A DNA stretch of 64,000 nucleotides from Methanoregula sp. (GCF_028679125.1 NZ_JAJRCG010000004.1:83017-147016); one strand, 5' to 3'. Shown: positions 21,513 through 33,300, numbered from the stretch's first letter. Translations and numbers: made by a program. The notes: generated from the sequence alone by a model not told the origin.

Positions 21513-22871
21513 ATGCAGACCAAGATCCTGCTCGATGAGGAGCAGATGCCCAAAAAGTGGTATAATGTGCAGGCGGATCTGCCTTCCCCGCTCGATCCCC
21601 CGCTCCATCCCGCCACCCACAAACCGATAGTACCATCGGACTTATCGGCGATCTTTCCCATGGAACTGATCCGGCAGGAAGTGTCCACCGACCGGTATAT
21701 CGACATCCCCGAAGAGGTGCGGGAGGTCCTGAAGCTCTGGAGACCGAGCCCCCTGTACCGCGCCCACCGGCTGGAGAAGTTCCTCAAGACGCCGGCAAAG
21801 ATCTACTACAAGTGGGAGGGGGTCAGCCCGGCCGGGAGCCACAAGACGAACACCTCGATCCCGCAGGCCTACTACAATATGAAGGCGGGTATCGAGCGGA
21901 TCGCGACAGAGACCGGTGCCGGGCAGTGGGGATCCGCACTGGCGTTCGCCACGATGCTGTACGATCTCGAGTGTACCGTCTACATGGTACGATCGAGCTA
22001 TACGCAGAAGCCTTACCGCAAATCGATGATGCAGGTCTGGGGAGCGGAGTGTATCCCGAGCCCGAGCACGAGGACGAACTCGGGCAAGGCCGTACTTGAG
22101 AAGGATCCGGAGACACCGGGAGCGCTGGGTATTTCGATATCGGAGGCAGTTGAGGATGCAGCCACCCACAGCAACACCAACTATGCGCTCGGCTCCGTGC
22201 TGAACCATGTCTGCCTCCACCAGACGATCATCGGCCAGGAGTGCCGCGAACAGCTGGCCATGGTTGATGATTACCCGGATGTTGTCATCGGGTGTGTTGG
22301 CGGCGGATCGAACTTTGCCGGGATCGGGTTCCCGTTTGCGGGCGACAAGATGACCGGGAAGCACAGGGACGTGGATATCATCGGTGTCGAGCCGGCCTCG
22401 TGCCCGACCCTGACCAAAGGGGAGTACATGTATGACTTCGGCGATGTGGCGGGCTTAACGCCGCTCCTGAAGATGTTCACCCTGGGTCACGACTTCGTCC
22501 CGCCGTCCATCCATGCCGGCGGGCTCCGGTACCACGGGGACTCCGCCATTGTATCGCGGCTCGTCCACGATGGCGTGATGCGGGGGATCTCGTATCACCA
22601 GAGCGAGGTCTTCGAAGCGGCCCAGAGTTTTGCCCGGACAGAAGGGATCATTGTAGCTCCTGAAGCTGCCCACGCGGTGAAGGGCACAATTGATGAAGCG
22701 CTGAAATGCAAGAAGAGCGGTGAGGCAAAGACGATCCTCTTCAACTGCACGGGGCACGGCAACTTCGATATGTCGGCATACGATGCATATTACAGCGGCA
22801 AGCTGGTGGACTACGAATACCCGGACGCATTGATCAAAGAAGCGATCGGCCGGATACCCAAGGTTCAATAA
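21513..22871 (+). CDS. trpB2: TrpB-like PLP enzyme (TrpB2)
   Basis: [33 protein letters not shown]. Confidence 0.95.
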   Translation: MQTKILLDEEQMPKKWYNVQADLPSPLDPPLHPATHKPIVPSDLSAIFPMELIRQEVSTDRYIDIPEEVREVLKLWRPSPLYRAHRLEKFLKTPAKIYYKWEGVSPAGSHKTNTSIPQAYYNMKAGIERIATETGAGQWGSALAFATMLYDLECTVYMVRSSYTQKPYRKSMMQVWGAECIPSPSTRTNSGKAVLEKDPETPGALGISISEAVEDAATHSNTNYALGSVLNHVCLHQTIIGQECREQLAMVDDYPDVVIGCVGGGSNFAGIGFPFAGDKMTGKHRDVDIIGVEPASCPTLTKGEYMYDFGDVAGLTPLLKMFTLGHDFVPPSIHAGGLRYHGDSAIVSRLVHDGVMRGISYHQSEVFEAAQSFARTEGIIVAPEAAHAVKGTIDEALKCKKSGEAKTILFNCTGHGNFDMSAYDAYYSGKLVDYEYPDALIKEAIGRIPKVQ

Positions 22872-22894
22872 CCCCTCTCATCAATCACTTTTTT

Positions 22895-24004
22895 ATGAAA
22901 CGGATTGGCCTCATCATCAACCCGGTTGCGGGTATGGGCGGATCGGTGGGGCTGAAAGGCACCGATGGGAACGTGGAGGAGGCCAGGACCCGGGGGGCGG
23001 TGCCGCATGCCCTGGACCGGGCCCGGATGGCGCTTGCACCCTTGGCACGGAACACCGGACTGCACTTCGTCACCTGTTCCGGTGCCATGGGACAGGATGT
23101 CCTGCAGGAGGCCGGGTGCGAAGACCCTGAGGTGATCTATACCTTCTCCGGTGAGAGCAGTGCCCGCGACACGAAAGAAGCAGCACGACGTCTCCTGGAT
23201 GCGGGTATCGATCTCCTCCTCTTCTGCGGCGGGGACGGGACCGCCCGGGACATCTTCTCCATTGTTGGCAGGAACGTCCCGCTCCTCGGTATTCCCGCAG
23301 GGGTAAAGATGTACTCCGGTGTCTTTGCAGTCAGCCCCGCTGCCGCAGCTGAACTTGTCACAGGACTGGAAACGGCGGTACTGCGGGACTCGGAGGTCAT
23401 GGACGTCGACGAGGAGGCCTACCGGGCCGGCACGCTGGAGACCCGGCTGTATGGTATTGCCCGCACCCCGGTTATCCGGGGGATGGTCCAGGTCTCAAAA
23501 CAGGTGTATGAACAGCCGGACGAGGAGCGGGTGAAAGGCGAGATCGCGCAGTTCATGCAGGAAGTGATGCTGCCCGGCGCGCTCTATATCATCGGGGCAG
23601 GAACGACGACTGAAGCGATCATACGGTACCTCGGTCTCAAGAAAACCCTCCTTGGCGTGGATGTGGTGAAGAACGGGCGGCTCCTTGCACGGGATGCCGA
23701 CGAAAAGACACTTCTCCGCCTGACTGAAAATGAGAGCGATGTACGGATCATCATCAGCCCCATCGGTGCGCAGGGATTCATTCTCGGCAGGGGGAACCAG
23801 CAGATCAGTGCAACGGTCGTGCGGCGGGCAGGTACCGCACATATCATCGTTGTCGCTACCCCGCACAAACTCCAGGAAACTCCTGAACTGCTGGTGGATA
23901 CCGGTGATCCGGATCTTGATCGTATGTTCGGGGAATCGATCCAGGTCATCTGCGGGTACCGTCTCGCCCAGCGGAAGAAGATCCACCAGCCCGATGGTCA
24001 GTGA
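22895..24004 (+). CDS. ATP-NAD kinase family protein
   Basis: IINPVAGMGGSVGLKGTDG, GGDGTARD, GIPAGVKMYSGVF, GQGFILGRGNQQ-like motif. Confidence 0.9.
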   Translation: MKRIGLIINPVAGMGGSVGLKGTDGNVEEARTRGAVPHALDRARMALAPLARNTGLHFVTCSGAMGQDVLQEAGCEDPEVIYTFSGESSARDTKEAARRLLDAGIDLLLFCGGDGTARDIFSIVGRNVPLLGIPAGVKMYSGVFAVSPAAAAELVTGLETAVLRDSEVMDVDEEAYRAGTLETRLYGIARTPVIRGMVQVSKQVYEQPDEERVKGEIAQFMQEVMLPGALYIIGAGTTTEAIIRYLGLKKTLLGVDVVKNGRLLARDADEKTLLRLTENESDVRIIISPIGAQGFILGRGNQQISATVVRRAGTAHIIVVATPHKLQETPELLVDTGDPDLDRMFGESIQVICGYRLAQRKKIHQPDGQ

Positions 24005-24061
24005 TCCCTTGTATCACAACCGGGACCGGTAAGGTAAACGCGCCACGAAAAAAAGGGGCGG

Positions 24062-24655
24062 TCAGCCGAGCGGCGCGACGGTCTTTTTGTACATCTCATT
24101 GAGGACCTGGGCCAGCCCCGCGTAGATCGCAGCAAAGCCGCAGATGATTCCCTCGTACCCGGCGACGATCGTGATCGTTGCGTTTCCTGTAGCATCGCCC
24201 AGCGCGAGCAGGAAAAACAGGATAGCGAGGGTTGCGAAGATGAACTGCAATGCCCTGTTTGCCCGGAGTGTCCCGATGAACATGACCGCGGTGAACAGCC
24301 CCCACATGAAGAGGTACGCGGCCATGGCTCCTTTTGATGTCGCGTCTGCCAGCCCCATCTTCGGGAGGACGAGCAGGGCGACGAGCGTCAGCCAGAAGAG
24401 GCCGTAAGAAGTGAACGCCGTTGCGCCGAACGTGTTGTTCTTCTTCCACTCCTCGATCCCCGCGATGACCTGCGCCAGCCCCCCGTAGAAGATACCCATC
24501 GCCAGGATCATCGATCCCAGTGCGAAGAACCCGGCATTGTGCAGGTTCAGGAGCACGGTCGTCATGCCGAACCCCAGGAGCCCGAGAGGCGCCGGGTTGG
24601 CCGTGATATCAAGGCTTTTTACCTGTGTTACACTACTTCCAGACTCATTTGACAT
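24062..24655 (-). CDS. satP: Acetate uptake transporter (SatP/GPR1/FUN34/YaaH)
   Basis: [26 protein letters not shown]; downstream of acs. Confidence 0.92.
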   Translation of the reverse strand: MSNESGSSVTQVKSLDITANPAPLGLLGFGMTTVLLNLHNAGFFALGSMILAMGIFYGGLAQVIAGIEEWKKNNTFGATAFTSYGLFWLTLVALLVLPKMGLADATSKGAMAAYLFMWGLFTAVMFIGTLRANRALQFIFATLAILFFLLALGDATGNATITIVAGYEGIICGFAAIYAGLAQVLNEMYKKTVAPLG

Positions 24656-24708
24656 AGTTTCTCACCTTTTTTATCCATTGTCCGACGTGTCGGTTCATGC
24701 ACCCCGGC

Positions 24709-26601
24709 TCACTCTTCCAGCGTTGAGATGTCGCCCGGATCGATTCCCATCTCCTGGGCTTTCAGGACGCGGCGCATGATCTTTCCGCTCCGGGTCTTGG
24801 GCAGCTTATCCACGAAATCGATCTCATGGGGGACAGCGATCGCCCCGAGCGTGGTCCTGACATGGTGCAGGAGATCCTGTTTGAGGTTATCGCCCGGCTC
24901 ATTTCCCACGCGGAGGATGACGAACGCCTTGATGGAGTTCCCTTTCATGGGATCCGGTTTCCCGATGACAGCTGCCTCGGCAACCGCATGGTGGGAGACG
25001 AGTGCGCTCTCGACCTCGGCAGTGCCGATGTTGTGGCCGGCAACGATGATAATGTCGTCTGCCCTCCCGAGGATCATGATGTACCCGTCTTTGCCCTTGA
25101 CCGCCAGATCGCCTGCCGTGTACATCCCTTTGATGGTCTCCCAGTACTTGCGGTAGCGTTCATCATCATGGTAGACCGTGCGCAGCATGGAGGGCCACGG
25201 GGATTTGATCACGAGCAGCCCGCCGGTCCCGGGTTTGACGGAGTTCCCGTCTTTATCCACCACATCGGCCACTACACCCGGGATCGCTTTCCCGACAAAC
25301 CCCGGGCGCATCGGTTCCCCGAGTACGGTCGTGATCATGAGCATGCCGGTCTCGGTCTGCCACCAGGTGTCGAGGATTGGGCATTTCTGCCTCCCGATAA
25401 CCCGGTAGTACCATTCGAACGCCTCGGGGTTCAATGGCTCTCCGACGGACCCGATGATGCGCAGGGAGCTCAGGTTGTACTTGTCGGGCCAGCTCTCGCC
25501 CATCTTCATGAACATCCGGATGGCTGTGGGTGCGGTGTAGAAGATCGTGATCTTCTGCTCCGCGATCATGCTCCAGAAGCTGCCGGCATCCGGGTAATCC
25601 GGGGTCAGCTCGGAGATGAAGACCGTTGCACCTACGGCAAGCGGGCCATACACGATGTAACTGTGCCCCGTGATCCAGCCCGGATCCGCACTGCACCAGT
25701 AGATGTCGTTGTCCTTGAGGTCGAAGACATACTTGCAGGTATAGTACGTTCCCACCATGTATCCCCCGCACGTGTGGACAATGCCCTTGGGTTTTCCGGT
25801 CGATCCGCTCGTATACAGGATGAAGAACGGGTCTTCCGCATCCATCACCTCGGGCGGGCAGTCATCGGACATTCCCTCCATCATTTCGTAGAAGTCCATC
25901 TCGCGCTCGTGGAGATCCACCAGCGGATCTCTCCTTCTCAGGACCACGACATGCTCAACTGTGGGTGCATTGATGACCGCCTCGTCAACGATCGCCTTGA
26001 GCTGGATCGCCTTGCCCCGGCGGATCGTGATATCTGCCGTGATAACGACTTTTGCCTCGGCATCCTGGATCCGCATATTCAGGGCCGCTGCGCCGAACCC
26101 GCCAAAGACCACGCTGTGGATTGCCCCGATGCGGGCACAGGCGAGCATGGCGATGGCCTGTTCCGGTACAAGCGGCATGTAAATGCAGACGCAGTCGCCT
26201 TTCTTCACGCCGATCTTCCTGAGTGCATTGGCGAACCGGGCAACCTGCGAGAGGAGCTTCTGGTAGGTGAAGATCCGCTCCCGGCCCTCCTCTCCCCTCC
26301 AGATCAGTGCAACCTTGTTGCGCCGGTGGTTGTTGACATGGCGATCGAGACAGTTGGCGGTAATGTTCAGCTTGGCATTGGTGAACCACCGGGCATACGG
26401 GTAGTTCCACTCCTTTACCTTGTCCCATGGAGAGATCCAGTCAAGCTCCTTTGCAATCTTTTCCCAGAACGCATCAGGGTCTGCCAGAAACTCATTGTAC
26501 GCTTTCTGGTAATCTCCCATCCATGCATTTTTTCGGTACTGTGGGTCGGGGGTGTATGTTTTTACATCCTCAACAAGCCTGACATCGAAATCTTCGGTCA
26601 T
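24709..26601 (-). CDS. acs: Acetate--CoA ligase (AMP-forming)
   Basis: YTSGSTGKPKG, DTWWQTETG, LPKTRSGKIMRR. Confidence 0.97.
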   Translation of the reverse strand: MTEDFDVRLVEDVKTYTPDPQYRKNAWMGDYQKAYNEFLADPDAFWEKIAKELDWISPWDKVKEWNYPYARWFTNAKLNITANCLDRHVNNHRRNKVALIWRGEEGRERIFTYQKLLSQVARFANALRKIGVKKGDCVCIYMPLVPEQAIAMLACARIGAIHSVVFGGFGAAALNMRIQDAEAKVVITADITIRRGKAIQLKAIVDEAVINAPTVEHVVVLRRRDPLVDLHEREMDFYEMMEGMSDDCPPEVMDAEDPFFILYTSGSTGKPKGIVHTCGGYMVGTYYTCKYVFDLKDNDIYWCSADPGWITGHSYIVYGPLAVGATVFISELTPDYPDAGSFWSMIAEQKITIFYTAPTAIRMFMKMGESWPDKYNLSSLRIIGSVGEPLNPEAFEWYYRVIGRQKCPILDTWWQTETGMLMITTVLGEPMRPGFVGKAIPGVVADVVDKDGNSVKPGTGGLLVIKSPWPSMLRTVYHDDERYRKYWETIKGMYTAGDLAVKGKDGYIMILGRADDIIIVAGHNIGTAEVESALVSHHAVAEAAVIGKPDPMKGNSIKAFVILRVGNEPGDNLKQDLLHHVRTTLGAIAVPHEIDFVDKLPKTRSGKIMRRVLKAQEMGIDPGDISTLEE

Positions 26602-26910
26602 GTCCCACCTATTCTACACTATTAATCATTGAAAACAACATATATATAATTTATTGTAGTGCTGTCAGACGCACGCGAAAAAATAAAATGGGCCCGGTGA
26701 TGACAAAAATGATGACAGGGTAATACCTGGAAAACCGTGATCCCGAAGTATAGAACGCGCGAAATCGTGCAGGATCTATTTTCATTTTTTCATAGAATCT
26801 CAAACAAAAATGCGGACATGCGCCTTCACGGCCCTGCAATCAGTACCGCTCTGGAAAAAGAGAGCGGATATACGAAGGGTTATCTATCCGGGTTTTTCAA
26901 TATAAGATCG

Positions 26911-27819
26911 ATGCTCAAGAAATTCAAGGGATGCCTGCTGGGAGCGGCGATCGGCGATGCGCTCGGTATGCCCAACGAGAGTGCATCCCCGAACCTGAAC
27001 AAGATGAAGTACGGGTACCGCCGTCCGTACAAGGGACATCCGAACCAGGAGCTGAATGCCGGGCAGTATACCGATGATACCCAGCTGATGATCCTTGTCG
27101 GGACCCTCCTTGCCGATGGCAAGTATAACGAGGACCGGTACGCAACCGCACTCCGGGAACTCTATACGCGGGGAGCGCTCCGCTTTCCGGATGGCTCGGT
27201 CGCTGCTGCATGCGAGCATATGGCAAAAGAGAATGTCCCGCAGAAAGGCGTCAAGTCCACAACGTCCGGCTGCCTGCCCATCGCGGTTCCCTTTGCCCTG
27301 ACATTCCCGGACATGAGCGAGGCCTGCGAACGTTCGGTCAGGGCCTGCAATATCACCCATTCCCACCCGGCCGCCCACGCCGCAGTATCCACCATTGTCA
27401 CGCTCCTGTACCATGCCCTCCACGAGTCGCCGGACCCGGTGGAACGGGCCGTGCAGAAAGCTCTTGCAGAAGACGAGGTGCTCGGGGGCAAGATCCGGAA
27501 CGCCCTCTCGCTCGAGAAGAATGGCATGGATACGGAGACCGCACTGCTCAAGATCGGCAACGATGTCTCGGTCTTCCAGACCCTCCCCATGGCCTTCTTC
27601 CTCATCAGCCGGTATTCCCATCCCCCTGACCTCCTGACCGTTGCCGCAAATATCGGGGGAAATACGGATACCATTGCCCTGATATGCGGGGCCTATCTCG
27701 GTGCATCCCGGGGCATGGATGCCCTGCCGGAGGATCTTATCAAGGGCCTTGAGGACCGTGACCGGATCGAGCTCCTCGGGCAGCGGCTCTACAATGCCTA
27801 TTCGCGCAAAAGCGAGTGA
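26911..27819 (+). CDS. ADP-ribosylglycohydrolase family protein
   Basis: GCLLGAAIGDALGMP, YTDDTQL, GGNTDT. Confidence 0.92.
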   Translation: MLKKFKGCLLGAAIGDALGMPNESASPNLNKMKYGYRRPYKGHPNQELNAGQYTDDTQLMILVGTLLADGKYNEDRYATALRELYTRGALRFPDGSVAAACEHMAKENVPQKGVKSTTSGCLPIAVPFALTFPDMSEACERSVRACNITHSHPAAHAAVSTIVTLLYHALHESPDPVERAVQKALAEDEVLGGKIRNALSLEKNGMDTETALLKIGNDVSVFQTLPMAFFLISRYSHPPDLLTVAANIGGNTDTIALICGAYLGASRGMDALPEDLIKGLEDRDRIELLGQRLYNAYSRKSE

Positions 27820-27924
27820 ACCGGGGTCCTTTTTTTAACCCCTTTTTAACTCCTGTTTTTTCAGGCGCCTTTTTTTAAAAAGCTGGTCAAAAAGGATTAA
27901 ATTTTGACAGTCGGACATTACTGT

Positions 27925-28911
27925 ATGAAAGTTGCGATTGTCGGGGCCTCCGGCTATGCCGGTGGTGAACTGGTCCGCCTCCTTCTTCACCATTCTGCTG
28001 CAAAAGTGACGTGTGTCACATCACGCAAACTTGCAGGTACCCCCCTGGATCAGGTCCATCCCCAGCTGAAAGGGTTCACCGATCTCAAATTCGAGAACCC
28101 GGAGACCGATGCCATCGAAGCCGATGTGGCATTCCTCGCGGTTCCCCACACAGCGGCAATGCAATACGCCGGTAAACTGCTCTCCCGCGGGATCAAAGTT
28201 GTCGACCTGAGCGCGGACTACCGCCTGGCAAAGGATGTTTTTGAGAAGGTGTATGGCGTTCCCCATACCGACTACTTCAAGGCACCCTACGGCATCCCGG
28301 AACTCCACCGCAAGGACTGCATCAATGCGAAGTTCGTCTCCAATCCCGGCTGCTTCCCGACCGGGGCAACCCTTGCCGCAGCTCCCCTCGCACATTACGC
28401 CCATACGATCATCTACGATTCCAAAACCGGCGTCAGCGGTGCGGGTGACAATCCCTCGGCAACTACCCATTACCCGAACGTGGGAGATAATGTCGGACCG
28501 TACAAGTTGACGACCCACCGGCACGTTGCCGAGATGCGGCAGGAGATGGCCTTCCTCAAATCCAGGGCAACGGTCTACTTCACCCCGCACCTCGTTCCGG
28601 TCAACCGGGGCATCCTGACAACGGCTCACATCCTGCTCAACGAACCCATGGAGCAGAAAGAAGTGGAGAAACTCTACCACGATTTCTACCGGAATGAGTA
28701 TTTCGTCCGGTACCAGAAGCCCATCCTTGCAGCTGTACGCGGGAGCAACTTCTGCGATATCATGGTGGAGAGCGAAGGAAGCCGCATCGTTGCCGTCTCA
28801 GCGATCGACAATCTCGTGAAAGGCGCCAGCGGTCAGGCCATCCAGAACATGAACCTGATGTGCGGCTTTGCGGAGAATGACGGCCTGACCGGAGCCGGCA
28901 TGCTGCCGTAG
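27925..28911 (+). CDS. argC: N-acetyl-gamma-glutamyl-phosphate reductase
   Basis: [27 protein letters not shown]. Confidence 0.97.
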   Translation: MKVAIVGASGYAGGELVRLLLHHSAAKVTCVTSRKLAGTPLDQVHPQLKGFTDLKFENPETDAIEADVAFLAVPHTAAMQYAGKLLSRGIKVVDLSADYRLAKDVFEKVYGVPHTDYFKAPYGIPELHRKDCINAKFVSNPGCFPTGATLAAAPLAHYAHTIIYDSKTGVSGAGDNPSATTHYPNVGDNVGPYKLTTHRHVAEMRQEMAFLKSRATVYFTPHLVPVNRGILTTAHILLNEPMEQKEVEKLYHDFYRNEYFVRYQKPILAAVRGSNFCDIMVESEGSRIVAVSAIDNLVKGASGQAIQNMNLMCGFAENDGLTGAGMLP

Positions 28912-28924
28912 GGAGGAGGAATCA

Positions 28925-29416
28925 ATGCTCGTTCAGGACGCAATGACAAAAGATCCGGTTGTCTGTACTGCGGATACCCCCCTTCGGGAGGTTGTCGCGC
29001 TCTTCCGGAAACACCATATCGGCGGGCTCCCGGTCATGGAAGGAAAGGAGCTCGTGGGGATGATCACAGAATCAGACCTCATCTCCCTCCTCGAAACCGA
29101 ACGGATCTCCGATGACCTCTGGCTCCCGTCGCCCTTCGAGGTCATCGAGATCCCGATCCGGGAGTATATCAACTGGGAGAAGACCAAGCACGCGCTGACC
29201 AACATCGGCGACATGCCGGCAAAGAAAGTGATGACCCACCGGGTGATAACAGCGACCGGGGAGATGGATGTGGAGGCTGCCGCAGCCCTCATGCTGAAGG
29301 AGGGTATCTCCCGGCTCCCGGTTCTTTCGGGTAAGAAGATCGTGGGAATCGTTACGAGGGCGGATATCATCAACGCCATCGGATCTGTATATTCTGAAAA
29401 AGAGAGCAGTGAATAA
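28925..29416 (+). CDS. CBS-domain protein
   Basis: Tandem CBS repeats (HIGGLPV...GMITESD; ISRLPV...GIVTRAD). Confidence 0.93.
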   Translation: MLVQDAMTKDPVVCTADTPLREVVALFRKHHIGGLPVMEGKELVGMITESDLISLLETERISDDLWLPSPFEVIEIPIREYINWEKTKHALTNIGDMPAKKVMTHRVITATGEMDVEAAAALMLKEGISRLPVLSGKKIVGIVTRADIINAIGSVYSEKESSE

Positions 29417-30574
29417 ATGTCGTTCAAGAGTATCTGTGCTGTCCCCGGCGTCAAAGCATGGGGTGTAAAAGAGGGAAAGTTCGGCCTTGCGCTCATTGAG
29501 GCACAGGGCACGGCAGCCGGTGTCTTTACGGAGAATCTCGTGAGGGCTGCACCGATCGAGCTGATGCGGAAACAGATCAAGGCCGGAAAACTGGAAGCGG
29601 TCATCGTCAACAGCGGGTGTGCGAATGCCTACACGGGAAAACGGGGACTTGCCGATGCCGTTACCATGACGGAGTATGCCGGATCAGCGCTCGGGGTAAA
29701 ACCCACGCGGGTCGGCGTTGCCAGCACCGGCGTCATCGGCCGGTATCTCGACCTGCCCCTCATCGAGCGGCAGAGCAGGGATGTTGCGCCAAAGCTGGTC
29801 CACACAGCGGAAGCAGAGATTGCCACCGCACAGGCGATCATGACCACGGACACGGTCCAGAAGCACGCGCTCGTGAAGAAGGAAGGATTCTCAGTCGGCG
29901 GTATCTGCAAGGGAAGCGGCATGATTGCCCCGAACATGGGCACCATGCTCGCGTTCATCTATACGGATGCAGAGGTGGGGGCAAAGCCGCTCTCTGAGGC
30001 CCTGAAGATGGCGACCAAACGCTCCTTCAACCGGGTGATCGTTGACGGCGACACAAGCACCAACGATATTGCGCTCTGCACGGCAACCGGTGAAGCGGGA
30101 AAAGTAAAGAAGGCAGAATTCTCCGCAGCGCTCGAAGAGTGCTGCCGTCTCCTTGCAATGCAGATTGCCGCTGATGGCGAGGGTGCATCCAAGCTGCTGC
30201 AGGTCACCGTCACCGGGGCAAAGAAGGAAGACGATGCAGAGAAGGTTGCCCGCACCGTCATCGAATCGCCGCTCGTGAAAACGGCAGTGTACGGCGAAGA
30301 CCCGAACTGGGGCCGGGTCGTGGCCGCAGCCGGCCGGGCTGGCGTGAAGTTCGATCCGAACGCGGTCTCGCTCTGGATAAGCGATGGCAGCAAGAAGTAC
30401 CCGCTCGTAAAGTCCGGCGAGATCATCGCCGACCTCGTTGCCGCCAAGAAAGCGATGCACGGCAGGAGCGTGATCTTCATCCTCGATCTTGCCGCAGGAA
30501 AGGCGGAAGCGACAACCTGGGGCTGCGATCTCACCGAGCGCTACGTGGAGATCAACGGCAGGTACACGACATGA
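29417..30574 (+). CDS. argJ: Ornithine acetyltransferase
   Basis: [36 protein letters not shown]. Confidence 0.97.
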   Translation: MSFKSICAVPGVKAWGVKEGKFGLALIEAQGTAAGVFTENLVRAAPIELMRKQIKAGKLEAVIVNSGCANAYTGKRGLADAVTMTEYAGSALGVKPTRVGVASTGVIGRYLDLPLIERQSRDVAPKLVHTAEAEIATAQAIMTTDTVQKHALVKKEGFSVGGICKGSGMIAPNMGTMLAFIYTDAEVGAKPLSEALKMATKRSFNRVIVDGDTSTNDIALCTATGEAGKVKKAEFSAALEECCRLLAMQIAADGEGASKLLQVTVTGAKKEDDAEKVARTVIESPLVKTAVYGEDPNWGRVVAAAGRAGVKFDPNAVSLWISDGSKKYPLVKSGEIIADLVAAKKAMHGRSVIFILDLAAGKAEATTWGCDLTERYVEINGRYTT

Positions 30575-31446
30575 TGAAACGCGAAGACGTGCTCATGGAG
30601 GCGCTGCCGTACATCCAGCAGTTCCACGGCAAGACCATCGTGATCAAGCTCGGCGGCCATGCGATGGTCGATCCGGTGGTGCTGGAGAACGCGATCCGGG
30701 ATGCCGTGCTCCTGCATTACGTCGGTATCCGCGTTGTCCTCGTCCATGGCGGCGGCCCGGAGATCAGCGAGAAGATGAAACAGCTGGGCAAGGAATCTGT
30801 CTTTGTCGGGGGCCTGCGGGTGACCGACCAGGAAACACTCGAGATCGCCCAGATGGTCCTGGTCGGCAAGATCAACAAGGGCATCATCTCCCTGATCTCC
30901 AAGTGCGGTGCAAAAGGCGTCGGGATCTCCGGCAGTGACGGGAACCTGATCATTGCAAAGAAGATGGATCTCCAGAAGGTCGAGGTCGGCGGCATCCAGA
31001 AGGAAGTTGACCTCGGGCATGTCGGCGAGATCGAGTGGATCGACCCCACGCTCCTCAACACCCTGCTCGACAAGGACTACATCCCGGTCGTCTCCCCCAT
31101 CGCCATCGACAAACACGGGGGCAGCCTGAACATCAACGCCGATACCGCGGCCGGTGACATCGCCATCGCCCTCCATGCCTACAAGCTCGTCAACATGACA
31201 GACGTTGACGGCGTCATGGACAAGGGCCGCACAAAAGTCTTCCATAAACTGACCGTCCGCGAGGCAAACGAGCTTCGGAACTCCGGGGCAATCGGTGAGG
31301 GCATGATCCCCAAGGTGATGTCCGTTATCAAGGCCGTGGAGAACGGCGTCAGCTACTCCCATATCATCAACGGGAATACCGAGCACAACCTCATCCTCGA
31401 GCTCTTCACCCATGACGGTGTCGGGACGATGATCTCCCTCTCCTGA
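30571..31446 (+). CDS. argB: Acetylglutamate kinase
   Basis: [27 protein letters not shown]. Confidence 0.97.
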   Translation: MMKREDVLMEALPYIQQFHGKTIVIKLGGHAMVDPVVLENAIRDAVLLHYVGIRVVLVHGGGPEISEKMKQLGKESVFVGGLRVTDQETLEIAQMVLVGKINKGIISLISKCGAKGVGISGSDGNLIIAKKMDLQKVEVGGIQKEVDLGHVGEIEWIDPTLLNTLLDKDYIPVVSPIAIDKHGGSLNINADTAAGDIAIALHAYKLVNMTDVDGVMDKGRTKVFHKLTVREANELRNSGAIGEGMIPKVMSVIKAVENGVSYSHIINGNTEHNLILELFTHDGVGTMISLS

Positions 31447-31503
31447 TTTTTTGGGGCATTTTATTAACGTATGAGTTGTTAAACAGCTTACAGGATTTCC
31501 CCT

Positions 31504-31911
31504 ATGGATAAGACCCTCAAAATTATTGCAGCCGTCCTTGCGGTTGTCGTGGTTGCCAGTATCGCCGTGCTGGCCACCGGGACATTAACCTCGTCCCAGA
31601 AACCTGCCGCAGCCGGAGCATCTGCCGGAACAATATACTTCTTTTATGGCGAGGAATGCGTCCATTGCCACAATGTGATGCCATTCATCCTCAATATGAC
31701 AAAGAAATACCCGGAAGCCGATATCCAGCTCCTCGAAGTCTGGCATAACCAGACCAACAACCGGATCTTCCAGCAGGCACTTGCTGCTGCGGGTGAGACT
31801 ACTTCGGGCGTCCCCCGGGTCATTGCCGGAACAACGGTCCTCACGGGAGAGGTGGAGATCCCGGAACAGTTCGAGAGCCTCATCCAGGCCTCTCTTAAAA
31901 AAAAAAGGTGA
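31504..31911 (+). CDS. Membrane-anchored thioredoxin/glutaredoxin-fold protein (CVHC)
   Basis: N-terminal signal anchor; FFYGEECVHC; GVP cis-Pro loop; ends in an A10 run. Confidence 0.85.
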   Translation: MDKTLKIIAAVLAVVVVASIAVLATGTLTSSQKPAAAGASAGTIYFFYGEECVHCHNVMPFILNMTKKYPEADIQLLEVWHNQTNNRIFQQALAAAGETTSGVPRVIAGTTVLTGEVEIPEQFESLIQASLKKKR

Positions 31912-32987
31912 GTGACCCGTCTCCCTCAGGGAACCTCTCTTCCGCAACGGGTTCTCCGATCGTTGTCAGCACCCTGAAGGCCGTCTATTTTTACGGTGAA
32001 GGGTGCGAGCACTGCGAGAAAGTAAAGCCCGTCATTGCCAGCCTCCGGCAAAAATATCCCGATCTGCAGGTTGAAGCGCTGGAGGTATACCATAATGCCA
32101 CCAACCAGCAGCGGTTCGTTGATATGAACCGTCAGTATAACATCAGCAGCTCGGGGATCCCGGAGATCTTCATCGGTACCCGTGCGCTCGTCGGTGATGT
32201 TGCGATCAGCGGGCAGTTCGAGGCAGCGATCCTTGCCGAGAAAGCCAGGATCGCATCGTGCAACACTACGGAGATCACCCCGGTTCCGGACGGGGAGTGC
32301 GCCACCGGTGCCATATCCCTGACCCCCCAGATGGTGATCCTCCCGGCCCTTGTTGACAGTATCAATCCCTGCGCCCTCTCGGTCCTGATCTTCCTTCTCA
32401 TCCCGCTCGCAGCAGCAGCGAACCGGAGAAGAATCCTGTCCATCGGCGGCGCATACATAGCCGCGGTCTTCCTCTTCCACCTTCTCGTGGGGGTCGGGAT
32501 CTTCTCGGTTGTCTCCCTCTCCGGCTTCTCGAAGATCTTCTCGCTCATCGGGGGGTCGCTGGCCATTATCTTTGGTATCATCACCCTCTCCGATGTGATA
32601 CGGAAGCGCGAGACCTTCTTCCTCTCGGTCCCGAAGTCCGGCAAGGGGCTCCTCTCGCACTACAGCCGGATCGCATCCGTTCCCGCTGCGTTCATCCTCG
32701 GGATACTCGCCGGGCTGCTCGGGTTCTCCTGCACCGGCGGGATCTACATCAGCATCCTTGCCCTGATGAGCCAGAGCCTGACGGTGGCGGCCGGCCTGCC
32801 CTACCTTCTCCTCTATAATGTGATCTTCATCCTGCCGCTCGTGCTGGTAACGCTCCTTGTCGCGTACGGCATATCCCCGGAGAAGGCGGACACCTGGAGG
32901 ACCGAACACAAACTGGCCCTCCGGCTCGTGATCGGGCTCATCATGATAGCCCTCGGGCTCGTGATCTTCCTCGGGTGGTTCGGGTAA
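31908..32987 (+). CDS. Thioredoxin-fold (CEHC) plus CcdA/DsbD-beta-like transmembrane domain
   Basis: YFYGEGCEHC; SINPCAL and FSCTGGIY membrane Cys pair; possibly one gene with the upstream ORF. Confidence 0.88.
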   Translation: MSDPSPSGNLSSATGSPIVVSTLKAVYFYGEGCEHCEKVKPVIASLRQKYPDLQVEALEVYHNATNQQRFVDMNRQYNISSSGIPEIFIGTRALVGDVAISGQFEAAILAEKARIASCNTTEITPVPDGECATGAISLTPQMVILPALVDSINPCALSVLIFLLIPLAAAANRRRILSIGGAYIAAVFLFHLLVGVGIFSVVSLSGFSKIFSLIGGSLAIIFGIITLSDVIRKRETFFLSVPKSGKGLLSHYSRIASVPAAFILGILAGLLGFSCTGGIYISILALMSQSLTVAAGLPYLLLYNVIFILPLVLVTLLVAYGISPEKADTWRTEHKLALRLVIGLIMIALGLVIFLGWFG

Positions 32988-33015
32988 AATCCCGTCCCTG
33001 TTTTTAAAAAAGGTT

Positions 33016-33300
33016 TTATCGCAGCTTGCCTTCACCGGAGCATTGCCGCTGGCGCTCCTCGCTCATGGCAATGAGGATCTCAAAAATTTTCCGGACGGCA
33101 ACGGGATCGATCGTATGATCCACTGCCTGGCGGGAGACGGATTCGAGAACCACCGCAGTTCGTTTTTCGTCATGGATGGCAATTCCCCCCTCTCTCTTGA
33201 CTTCCGCCACCCGGTCTGCCAGCTCCTGCCGTTTCGCAATCAGGCGGATGATGGCGGTATCCACCAGGGAGATCTCGGCCCGCACCTGTTCGAGGGACAT
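33016..33300 (-). CDS. Chorismate mutase (AroQ type II), stand-alone
   Basis: SLEQVRAEISLVDTAIIRLIAKRQELADRVAEVK, IHDEKR. Confidence 0.9.
   Translation of the reverse strand: MSLEQVRAEISLVDTAIIRLIAKRQELADRVAEVKREGGIAIHDEKRTAVVLESVSRQAVDHTIDPVAVRKIFEILIAMSEERQRQCSGEGKLR

Noticed and set aside
24826-26625. Long antisense ORFs over acs, tfrA/B, hppA, purF and others
   Set aside because: Expected shadows of GC-rich coding sequence; the opposite strand carries the recognisable proteins
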